From Bacillota bacterium (GTDB lineage: Bacteria > Bacillota > Sulfobacillia > JAIMAT01), in assembly GCA_023511835.1 (NCBI GenBank), contig JAIMAT010000005.1:2049-66048 (forward strand): a stretch of 64,000 bases of DNA, read 5' to 3'. Made by a program: the position numbers and the translations under genes. Position 1 is the stretch's first letter, and each line of letters starts with the position of its first letter. Shown here in pieces: positions 56,380-64,000 of this stretch. A model generated the notes under the pieces. That model had not been told where the DNA came from and made no database searches. It worked only from the letters and a program-made list of their open reading frames with translations.

Positions 56380-57507
56380 CTAGACGTCCGCCTGCTGGGC
56401 CGCCGGCCGCTGGACGGGAAGGAAGCGGTCGGCCAACCGGGCCATGATCTGGGGCATGGTGGTGTACTCCATGTCTTCGGCGGGCAGGCGGTGCGGCTCG
56501 AAGGGGCCCTGGCGCCGGATGTATCCGGCGATCTCGTTGGCGAGCCGGCGTGCCTCGTCGAAGGCGACGTCGGCGAACATGTCGCGTGGCCCCACCAACT
56601 CGCCGTCGGCCAGCTGGTAGCCCAGGCCGATGACGCGGGGCGGCCCGTCGAAGCGCGTCGGATGTGCCTGGTCGACGGAGCAGGGCATCAGCGGCCCGAC
56701 GAAGGAACCCCGCATCCAGCCGCCCACCAGGTGCGGTGTGCTGAAGGCCTCCAGCACCTCGCCGACGGCGGGCAGGCCGCTCTGGCAGCGGACGATCATG
56801 GACGGGTCGTCCTTGCCCACGTAGCGGCCGGCGATCAGGTTGAGGCGCTGGGTGGTGGCGACGGCGGCGATCTCGCCCAGCTCGCGCGAGTAGACGGCGC
56901 TGATGACGTAGCGGCCGGGCGTGCCGATGAAGGCCAGAAGGTCATAGGCCTCCTCGGGGCAGTTGAGGCGGATGAGACGGTCTTCACGCAGGTCGTGTAC
57001 CTCGAAGGTGAAGCCGCCGTGCATCTTGGGGTCGATAACCAGCCCCGGGGTGTTGAAGGGATCGGCGAAGATCCGGTAGAGAGGCAGGTTCCAGGCGCCC
57101 GGCTCGGTCTTGTCGGCCATGAAGATGAGCAGCGGTTCGCTGGGCCGTTCCTCGAACTCCATCTCGGCGATCCCCGGGCCGAGGCCGCGGATATTGCCCG
57201 AGAAGGCGTCGGCCAGCAGGTCCTGGCCGGCCCCGTAGAGCTTCAGCCGCCTGGCCACGTCGGTGCAGCCGCGGAAGGTATCCCAAGCGAGCTGGTGGAC
57301 GGCCGGGTCGTTGACGCCGCGGCGGTGGGTGAGCACCAGGTTGATGTCGTCGCCCACCGAGGAGACGCTGAAGTCGACCAGCAGCCGGCCCTTCTCCGCC
57401 GCCAGCGCCTCCCGGGCGTACTCCAGCGTCTCGGGGTGGACGGCACCGTGACCCACGAAACCGCCGATGTCCGCCTTGATCACGCTGACGGTGATCTTCT
57501 CGCCCAC
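56380..57507 (-). CDS. fbp: Bifunctional fructose-1,6-bisphosphate aldolase/phosphatase (FBPase class V)
   Basis: ITVSVIKADIGG..GH, GDD, KLYGAGQDLL.DAFSGN, DKTEPGA, YVGKDDP (Schiff-base Lys), GWMRGS, MEYTT; GTG after GGGAGGAGG. Confidence 0.95.
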   Translation of the reverse strand: MGEKITVSVIKADIGGFVGHGAVHPETLEYAREALAAEKGRLLVDFSVSSVGDDINLVLTHRRGVNDPAVHQLAWDTFRGCTDVARRLKLYGAGQDLLADAFSGNIRGLGPGIAEMEFEERPSEPLLIFMADKTEPGAWNLPLYRIFADPFNTPGLVIDPKMHGGFTFEVHDLREDRLIRLNCPEEAYDLLAFIGTPGRYVISAVYSRELGEIAAVATTQRLNLIAGRYVGKDDPSMIVRCQSGLPAVGEVLEAFSTPHLVGGWMRGSFVGPLMPCSVDQAHPTRFDGPPRVIGLGYQLADGELVGPRDMFADVAFDEARRLANEIAGYIRRQGPFEPHRLPAEDMEYTTMPQIMARLADRFLPVQRPAAQQADV

Positions 57508-57692
57508 GTGCGCCCTCCTCCCTTCGGGTTCTGGAAAGCGGCTGCCGCCAGAGGAGACGAGCCTCCAGGGCGGAAGCGCCCGCCTTCCCCTTTTGGATAC
57601 GCCGGCGACGGGATCCTGCTCTCCGCCGCCACGACCGGGAGGCATAGCGCCCGCCCGGCCCGGCATAGCCGTCGCCGGGGAGGGGCGATGCC

Positions 57693-58889
57693 TTGCGCAC
57701 GGCGATTCTCCTGGCCACCCCCTGGCGGCGGCGGCCGCCGCGGAACGGCGAGGGGGGCCGGCGCCGCCTGGCGCGCTGGGCCCTGGTGCTGCTCTTTCTG
57801 GTCGTGCCGCGGCTGGGATGGGGCAGCGCGCGCTGGCAGCCGGTGGGCGAGATGGAGATGGTGCAGGCGCTGCCCTCGCCGCCTGACGGCCTTCTGCTGC
57901 GCGCGGCCGGCGCCGAGGGCAACCCGTCCGGACCCGTGCTGCAGCTCCAGGCCTGGGCCTTTGGCGCGCTCCCGCCCCTGGTGCGAACCGTCGCCGCCGG
58001 CTCGGTGCCCGGCGGCTCGCTGCTGGCCGCCGGCCTGGCCCCGGCGGTCCGCGACGGCGCCGGCGCCGCCCAGGGCGGGCCGCTCCTCCTCTCCCCGGAC
58101 GGCAGCGAGGCGGTGCGCGTGGCGCCGGACACCAGCCTCTGGCTGATCCGCTCCGACGCGCTGGCGCCGCGCCTGCTGGTGGGTCCGGGTCGTGCCGGAG
58201 GCCCGCAGGGCGGCGTGGTCTGGGCCGCGGAGCCGGTCTGGTCGAGGGACGGGAAGCAGGTCTACTTCCTGTCCAACAGGGACCAGGGAGGCGCGGCCTA
58301 CGGCATCTGGTCGGTGGACGTGCGGACGGGTCACGAGCGGCGGCTCCTCCGCCCCCAGGGCCGCGAGAGCTTCTACCTGGCGGGCTGGAACGACCGCGGC
58401 GAGCTGCTGGTGGGGACCAGCCGCGGCCGCCTGATGGCGCTCTCGGGCAGCGGGCGCCTGCGCCTGCTGATGAGCGGCGTGCAGGTGGTGGCCGTCTCGC
58501 CCGACGGCCGTCACCTGCTCTACCGGAGGCTCTCCTCCGGCGGCCTCCTGCCCGACCTATGGGGCGCCGACGGCGAGGGGCGCAACCCGGTCCGCCTGGC
58601 CGGGCCCGGGATCCCGGAGCCGGTGGTCCCGGGCTCCTGGTCGCCGGGAGGAAGCCGCATCGCCTACGTGGGCTACGCCGGCGCGCCTTCGGGCCGGACG
58701 GCGCTGGTCGTGCTGGACGTGGCGGCCCGCCGCCCCTCGCCCGGGAGCGTCCGCCTCTTCACGCCTCCCGTCCCGGGTCTGCGCCTGGACCTGGCCCAGC
58801 TCCCGGTCTGGCTCGACCGCGACCGGCTGGTCGTCGGCACGCTCGACGCCAGGAAGCGGCCCTCCACTTGGCTGGTGCGCGTCTGGTGA
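57693..58889 (+). CDS. Membrane-anchored TolB/WD40-like (PD40 repeat) beta-propeller protein
   Basis: N-terminal TM helix; repeats LSPDG, PVWSRDGKQVYF.S, VSPDGRHL.Y, WSPGG.RIAY. Confidence 0.75.
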   Translation: MRTAILLATPWRRRPPRNGEGGRRRLARWALVLLFLVVPRLGWGSARWQPVGEMEMVQALPSPPDGLLLRAAGAEGNPSGPVLQLQAWAFGALPPLVRTVAAGSVPGGSLLAAGLAPAVRDGAGAAQGGPLLLSPDGSEAVRVAPDTSLWLIRSDALAPRLLVGPGRAGGPQGGVVWAAEPVWSRDGKQVYFLSNRDQGGAAYGIWSVDVRTGHERRLLRPQGRESFYLAGWNDRGELLVGTSRGRLMALSGSGRLRLLMSGVQVVAVSPDGRHLLYRRLSSGGLLPDLWGADGEGRNPVRLAGPGIPEPVVPGSWSPGGSRIAYVGYAGAPSGRTALVVLDVAARRPSPGSVRLFTPPVPGLRLDLAQLPVWLDRDRLVVGTLDARKRPSTWLVRVW

Positions 58890-58975
58890 ACCTCCCCGGC
58901 TCCCGCCGCCCTGTGGTAGACTCGGGGGTGCTCCGCGGCGGCGACCGTCGCCGTTCCCGCCAGGACGGTCTCTGC

Positions 58976-59050
58976 GGGCGAATAGCTCAGCGGCAGAGCA
59001 CCCGCCTTACACGCGGGGGGTCGCAGGTTCGAACCCTGCTTCGCCCACCA
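58976..59050 (+). tRNA. tRNA-Val: tRNA-Val (anticodon TAC)
   Basis: GGGCGAA/TTCGCCC acceptor stem, GCTC/GAGC D stem, CCCGC-CTTACAC-GCGGG anticodon arm, GCAGG-TTCGAAC-CCTGC T arm, encoded CCA. Confidence 0.98.
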
Positions 59051-59369
59051 GAAAATTGGCTCTGCCCGACACTTTGCGGGCGGGCTCGGTCCGCCAGCCA
59101 TCCTCTTCCGGGCGCTGAGGCGCTCACACGCATCCGGAGAGTTCCGCCGAGCCTGGCGCCCGCGCGGGCAGCCGAGCTCTGCCACACCCGGCTCTCCCCA
59201 CGCGCATGCGCTCGCTCCTCTTCACCCGAGGAAGCCGCTCCCCGGGAGATCCGATTCCAGGCACGGCCCCCAGGGGAGAGGGACGACACACTCCAGCAGC
59301 TCGCTCTGGACGGAGGCGTCGACGACCCGCGTCGTCGCGAGAGAGATCACCTCGGCGCCCCTGGGGCCC

Positions 59370-60209
59370 TCAAGTCCGGGGAGGAGTCGGTGACCCCCGC
59401 GAGGTCTCTCCCGCCCGCCGCGTCCACGGCGATGGCGGTTCCGTGGTCGTGATCGCTCCCCCCATGACACGGCGGGCACCGCGAATCGCCAGTTCAGCGA
59501 ACGCCCGGAGCAGCAGGGCGCTGCCCACCCCCCGCCGTCGGAACCGATGACGGGTGCCGAGGAAAGCGATGACCCCCTCTCCGTCGGCTGTGCGAGCGAC
59601 CAGAGCGCCGGCCGGCTCATCATGGACGGAGGCGACGTACCGAAGGCCGGCGTCATGTCCGGGACGGCTTTCCTGCTCGGCGAGGAAGGTTTCGAAATCC
59701 AGGGGACGATGGTCCCAATGGTCACTTTGGGCTTCCTCAATAATTTCATGAACCAGCCGCAACCCGGCGTCGCCATCTGCCGGACGCACGCGCACGTCGG
59801 CGGCGGTGACCGCTTCAGACGGTTCGCGAGGGAGCTCCAACGACATTCTCAAGTAGGTTCGCACCTTCTGCCAACTCAACTCCTCCAGCCACGGGGAAGC
59901 CACGCCGCCCGTCACTTGCCACAGACTGATCATTGGCGCACCGCGCCGCTCGGCCTTGGTGCCGATCCGGCGAAGCAGGGCAAGAGCGCCTTGCTGGAAT
60001 TCGGGAACCGCCGCAAACCGGGCTCGCAGTTCCCTCGTCTTGGCGAGGTGACGGAGCGAGCCGAATGCCGCAACTTCGCCCGAAACGAGGGCCACCCAGG
60101 CACCCATGTCGCTCTCGACCATCGCCTCTCGGACATCGGCTTCGGCCGTGATGATCGTTCCGAGCTCCGCGATGTCCATGCGGTGGTAGACCCCCAGGAT
60201 CGCGCCCAT
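59370..60209 (-). pseudogene. Tandem-domain GNAT acetyltransferase (MshD-like), apparently damaged at the C-terminus
   Basis: AILGVYHRMDIAELG, VRVRPAD, EEAQSDHWDH.P..FE.F, LGTRHRFRRRGVGSALLLRAF (acetyl-CoA motif A). The reading degenerates after RRVMGG; no clear RBS; lower GC. Confidence 0.6.
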
Positions 60210-60374
60210 TTCATCCGATCCGCAGCGCGGGGCCGGGATCAGCCGGAGTATGCTGTACGAGAGGCGGGGCGGGCCCGCGGGTCGGTCGGACGGAGCCGGA
60301 CGACTTCGTCGGCCACGAGACGCCGCCGCGGGCGCGTCGGAGAGCAAGCCAACGTCCTGCGCGGGCGACATGGG

Positions 60375-60821
60375 GTGGTGACCGCATTGGGTCTGCCTGT
60401 GAAAGCCGTGGCCTACGGGTTGCTCGCCTTGGTTGTGGCGACAGGTCTTCCGATCGTACCCCTGCCCGTGCCCCCGCCCGTGAGAAACTTGCACTTCGCC
60501 AGTTCACACCTCTCGCTGGTCGCGGGCCGGAGGGCGGGAATCGGGTGCGAGGTGACGCAAGGCGTATCGGTTCCCGCCGGAGCTCCTGGCGGTGTATCGT
60601 TTCCCGTCGCATACAACCCCGTATCGTGCATGACGCTTTTGAGAGTGGGGATTTTAGGCGCCAGTGAGAATCAACCGACAACAGCGGATCGCGACTGCTA
60701 TGTACTGAAACTGCAAAGCGGAAAGGTCGCCGTCACACCGCCCGGCTACAAGTGCATTAAGATCATCTTGCCGGACGGCAGGACGTTCATTCGCAACTTG
60801 GCCGGCACAGGCGGCAAGTAG
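60375..60821 (+). CDS. Orphan putative secreted/membrane-anchored protein (~148 aa), lower GC
   Basis: Hydrophobic N-terminus VKAVAYGLLALVVATGLPIVPLPVPPP, four Cys, atypical codon usage. Confidence 0.45.
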   Translation: MVTALGLPVKAVAYGLLALVVATGLPIVPLPVPPPVRNLHFASSHLSLVAGRRAGIGCEVTQGVSVPAGAPGGVSFPVAYNPVSCMTLLRVGILGASENQPTTADRDCYVLKLQSGKVAVTPPGYKCIKIILPDGRTFIRNLAGTGGK

Positions 60822-61276
60822 GGCGAACCGGCGGCAGACGTTTGTTCCCTATGCTGGATGAGCGAGGATGCGGACGGCTGGGGCCCGCCGCGATGCCGTA
60901 CGAACCCGGGCGACTCCGAGGGCCCCGGCCTTTCGCCCGCCGGGGAGCGGGCCGCGGAGACCGCAGGTGGCACCCGGGAGAGGGCTGGACGAACGCACGA
61001 TCTCCGGCGCCCGGGTTCGACACCACCGCGTACATGAGGGCGCGCCGTACCCTCGCTGGGAGAGGCTGCCCGGTCCGGACTCCATCGCGTTCCCGACAGA
61101 AGCGACGGAAATCCGCAGCAGGGTGCGGGTCCGAGCACATTCTGCGAGCCATTCTCCGGGCGTCTGGAACGTCGTATTCTCCGGCGACACGGGCTGGAGG
61201 TGGTCCGCCGTGACGCGGCAACGGAGGGACGTATCCGTGGAGCGCCGGACAGCTTCGCGGTGGAGATGAACGCGAC

Positions 61277-61567
61277 ATGCGCGCGGCGAGGAAGTGGTTC
61301 CGGCGACGGTGGCTTCTCTGGAGGGCGAACGTCCTGGAGCGGGAGGCGGCCGGGCTCCGGGGCAAGCCGACCCTCCTGGACGACCCGTACTTTGTGAGCT
61401 ACGTCAACCCCATCGCGGCGGCCCTCTGGTCGTGGGTCTTTCACCTCGTCGAGGGTCGAGTTGGAAGCAAGGGATCCAACGGGAAAGAGAGTCCCCAGGC
61501 CCGCGCGGCCGGTCTGGAGCGGCGCGCCGCGGAGCTGAGGGCGGAGGCGGACCGGCTCGGAGGCTGA
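61277..61567 (+). CDS. Small hypothetical protein (96 aa)
   Basis: GGAG RBS + ATG; basic/Trp-rich N-terminus, central hydrophobic stretch, helical C-terminus. Confidence 0.45.
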   Translation: MRAARKWFRRRWLLWRANVLEREAAGLRGKPTLLDDPYFVSYVNPIAAALWSWVFHLVEGRVGSKGSNGKESPQARAAGLERRAAELRAEADRLGG

Positions 61568-61726
61568 GAACCGGTGAGCGCAGAAAAGGCCTGGGGCGAG
61601 GTGCGCGGCCTCTGGGCGGGTGCCGGAGGAGGCTCGCCCACTGGCCGGAGCCGGGCGTCCCCGGGAGAGAGCCGGGCGCACCGGGGCGATCGCCGGCTTC
61701 CGCCCGGACAAAGGGGGCTGACTCGC

Positions 61727-63052
61727 GTGCCGTCGCGACTCCTGGCCGCCGTCCTGGCGGACGACCTGACGGGTGCCAACGCCACCGGAGCCCTTCTCTC
61801 CGCCCTGGGCCTGCGCGTGACCGTGCAAATGGAACCGGTGCCGGGAGCCGGCACCGTTCCGGCACGGCGCGGGACGTCTCCGGAGGCGCTGGTGCTCTCC
61901 ACGGCGAGCCGGCTTCTGCCGCCCGAAGAGGCGGGGCAGGCGGTGGCGCGGGCGGCGGAGACGGTGCTGGCGGAGCGGCCGCGCCTCTTCGGCAAGCGCA
62001 TCGACAGCACGCTCCGCGGCAACCTGGGCGCCGAGATCGACGCCGCGCTGAAGGCTTGGCAAGAGGCCTGGAAGGGGGACGGCCGGCGGCCGCGGGCGCT
62101 GGTGGCGGCGGCCTACCCGGCCGCGGGGCGGACGGTCCGGGGCGGCCGCCTCTACGTGCACGGCCGGCTTCTCGAGGAGACGGAGGCGGCGGCCGGCGCC
62201 TCCACCCCGGTCGGGCGGAGCGACGTGGCCGGGCGGATCGCGGAGCAGTGCCGGCGGCCGCTGGCCGTGCTGGAGCTGGAGGCGATCCGGGGGGCCCGGG
62301 TGGAGGGCCTGGCCCGGCGCCTGGAGCGGCTGGCCGGGGAGGCCGAGGTGCTGGTGGCGGACGCCGAGAGCGACGAGGAGATCGACCTCCTGGCGCAGGC
62401 GGTCCACTTCCTGGAGGAGACGGGAAGCGACCGGGGACCTTTCCTCCTGGTCGATCCCGGCCCCGTCCTCGCTGCGCGGGCGCGCGCGGCTCTCGAGGCC
62501 GGACGGCGACGCCCGCCGGTCCTGGTGGTGGCCGGCAGCGTCGCGCCCCTCTCCCTGGAGCAGGCCGAGCGGGTGGCCAGGCGGCTGGAGGCACCGGTGG
62601 TCCACTTCGACGTGGCCCGCTTCCTCGGGCAGCCGGAGGAGTACGGGAGGCGCGCGGCCGCCGCGGTCGGGCGCGCGGTGCGGGGGGTGACCCGCCGACA
62701 CCGGCTGCCCGCGGTCGTCGTGCGCACGGCCCGGCGCGGCGAGGATCGCCTCGACCTGGCGCCGGAGCAGGCGCTCCGGGTGGCGCGCGGCCTCGGCGAG
62801 CTGGTCGGCCATGTCGCTAGCGCGGCGGCGCTGGGCGGTTTGGTCCTCACCGGCGGCGAGGTGGCCGCCGCCGCCTGCCGGGCGCTGGGCGCCAGCCGCC
62901 TCGAGCCGGTGGACGCGGTGGAGCCGCTGGCCGTCCACGCCCGGCTGGCGGACGGCCCGTACAGGGGCCTCTCGCTCTGCACCAAGGGCGGGCTGGCCGG
63001 CGACGGGGAGAGCCTGGTCCGCTGCGTCCGCCACCTGGCCGGCTGCCCCTGA
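61727..63052 (+). CDS. Four-carbon acid sugar kinase family (DUF1537; DtnK/OtnK-like)
   Basis: ADDLTGANATG, STASR, KRIDSTLRGNLG.E, AAYP..GR...GG, VAGS, LTGGE, TKGG. Confidence 0.88.
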   Translation: MPSRLLAAVLADDLTGANATGALLSALGLRVTVQMEPVPGAGTVPARRGTSPEALVLSTASRLLPPEEAGQAVARAAETVLAERPRLFGKRIDSTLRGNLGAEIDAALKAWQEAWKGDGRRPRALVAAAYPAAGRTVRGGRLYVHGRLLEETEAAAGASTPVGRSDVAGRIAEQCRRPLAVLELEAIRGARVEGLARRLERLAGEAEVLVADAESDEEIDLLAQAVHFLEETGSDRGPFLLVDPGPVLAARARAALEAGRRRPPVLVVAGSVAPLSLEQAERVARRLEAPVVHFDVARFLGQPEEYGRRAAAAVGRAVRGVTRRHRLPAVVVRTARRGEDRLDLAPEQALRVARGLGELVGHVASAAALGGLVLTGGEVAAAACRALGASRLEPVDAVEPLAVHARLADGPYRGLSLCTKGGLAGDGESLVRCVRHLAGCP

Positions 63053-63097
63053 GCCGGGGCGGCCGTCAGGGCGGCGAGCCGTCGCGGACGACGCCAA

Positions 63098-63114
63098 TTC
63101 TTATCCTCTTCTCA
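63098..63114 (+). promoter_or_regulatory. 11-bp-periodic direct repeat, possible OmpR/PhoB-family response-regulator site
   Basis: TTCTTA-N5-TTCTCA in an AT-rich patch ~90 bp upstream of the 63205 gene. Confidence 0.35.
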
Positions 63115-63204
63115 GCTTCGTCTGGGAGGCCCGTCAAGGCTTTCCTCTAGCCTTCCTGGAAACAGGCGGAGCTCCAGGAAGCGAGCGGGGGAGCGTGATC
63201 TCGC

Positions 63205-63816
63205 GTGGCCCGTGCAGGACGTACCCTGGCGGTCCTCGGCGCGCTGGGTGCTTTCGTGACCGGCGGCGCCAGCGCCCTCCGGCAGGCGCCCGGGGTGGCC
63301 CAGGCCGCCCCTGCCGCCGGCCCCGTGGCGGGCCTCTCCGCCGGCGAGCTGGCCGCGCTCGAGCGGCGGCTGGAGGCGGAGCTGGCCGCCCAGGAGCGTT
63401 CCATCCGCCTCCTCGACCAGCGGCGCCAGCAGCTGGAACAGGCGCTGGCCGACGCCCAGCGGCAGCTGGCCCAGAAGGAGGCGGCGGTGGCCGCGGCCCG
63501 CTCGAGCCTGGCCCTCCTCCAGACGCAGATCCAGCAGCGCCAGGCCGCCCTCCTCCAGGCCCAGGCGTCGCGGGCGGCGGCGGCCGCCGCCGCCCGGCAG
63601 GCCGCCACCAGGCCCGGTGGCGCCCCGCCTGTGGACACGCTGACCGGGGCCTCCTCCGCGCACGGCGCGGTGGCCGCCCCCGGCCAGGGGAGCTCCGTGC
63701 AGCCGCGGGTCGACAGCCTGACCGGCGCCTCCGGAGGCGCGGGCTACCAGGGCGGACGGGAGCGGCATCACGAGCGGGAGCACGAAGGAGAGCACGAGGG
63801 CGGCGACGACGACTGA
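63205..63816 (+). CDS. Secreted coiled-coil protein with two putative flavinylation motifs (VDTLTGAS, VDSLTGAS) and a His/Glu-rich tail
   Basis: Sec-like signal peptide, ~85-aa coiled coil, motifs at 63631-63654 and 63709-63732, C-terminus RERHHEREHEGEHEGGDDD. Confidence 0.75.
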   Translation: MARAGRTLAVLGALGAFVTGGASALRQAPGVAQAAPAAGPVAGLSAGELAALERRLEAELAAQERSIRLLDQRRQQLEQALADAQRQLAQKEAAVAAARSSLALLQTQIQQRQAALLQAQASRAAAAAAARQAATRPGGAPPVDTLTGASSAHGAVAAPGQGSSVQPRVDSLTGASGGAGYQGGRERHHEREHEGEHEGGDDD

Positions 63817-63823
63817 CATGCGT

Positions 63824-63852
63824 CGCCCCGCCGGCCGCGGGCCGGCGGGGCG
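63824..63852. terminator. GC-rich hairpin between convergent genes (probable terminator)
   Basis: CGCCCCGCCGGCC-GCG-GGCCGGCGGGGCG, a perfect 13-bp stem; no U tract. Confidence 0.55.
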
Positions 63853-63872
63853 TGCGGCCGGACGCGGTCGGC

Positions 63873-64000
63873 CTAGTTGGGATCGCTGGCCAGCGCCGGG
63901 ATCAGCCGGTCGCCCTGCGGTGAGCCGATGCCGGTCACCAGGTCGTACCCCGGCAGGGCGGGATTGCCATTGCTACCGCTGGTCACATCGTGGAAGTCGG
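63873..64000 (-). CDS. S53 (sedolisin/kumamolisin) peptidase, C-terminal end (partial)
   Basis: Minus strand reads DFHDVTSGSNGNPALPGYDLVTGIGSPQGDRLIPALASDPN*, with the S53 Ca-binding C-terminal signature. Confidence 0.82.
   Translation of the reverse strand, partial: DFHDVTSGSNGNPALPGYDLVTGIGSPQGDRLIPALASDPN

Noticed and set aside
59547-60374. N-terminal part of the 424-aa plus-strand ORF 59547-60821
   Set aside because: Antisense to the GNAT gene; only the segment from 60375 looks like a real protein.
60930-60945. Candidate attR copy of the tRNA-Val 3' end
   Set aside because: Only about 9 of 10 nt match (TTCGCCCGCC vs TTCGCCCACC), compatible with chance in GC-rich DNA.
60842-61269. Several overlapping ORFs in the islet (60842-61213, 60849-61190, 60868-61269)
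   Set aside because: No convincing RBS, motif or codon bias to choose a real frame.

Overview
Very GC-rich (roughly 75% by eye) chromosomal window from a probably thermophilic, endospore-forming Bacillota (Thermaerobacter/Limnochordia-like; inferred from sspF, Bacillus-type sdhCAB and yitJ, and the FBP aldolase/phosphatase). It is mostly core metabolism. In order: leuC(end)-leuD-ilvD; an ars unit whose arsR carries an in-frame TAA; mtnA; cydABDC; an OsmC / ArsR-rhodanese / PLP-enzyme sulfur module; sspF; fumC; a two-gene (split) MetE plus the YitJ HMT-MTHFR fusion; cysE; a SAMHD1-like HD hydrolase; a split cytochrome b-Rieske-small TM-diheme cytochrome c operon followed by a polyferredoxin; panT-coaX; comA; sdhCAB; a UbiB kinase; MTase-ychF-like-hutP-like; a GGDEF protein; an aro operon running into a dead+active nitrilase pair and folC; the FBP aldolase/phosphatase; tRNA-Val(TAC) followed by a ~2.5 kb lower-GC islet of orphans and a damaged GNAT; a four-carbon acid sugar kinase; a secreted coiled-coil protein with two free-standing flavinylation-type motifs (VDxLTGAS) and a His/Glu tail; and the end of an S53 peptidase. 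No CRISPR array, integrase or transposase was seen. Most long ORFs in the supplied track are GC shadow ORFs. Three real genes appear to need CTG starts. All calls come from reading motifs by eye; no database searches were run.
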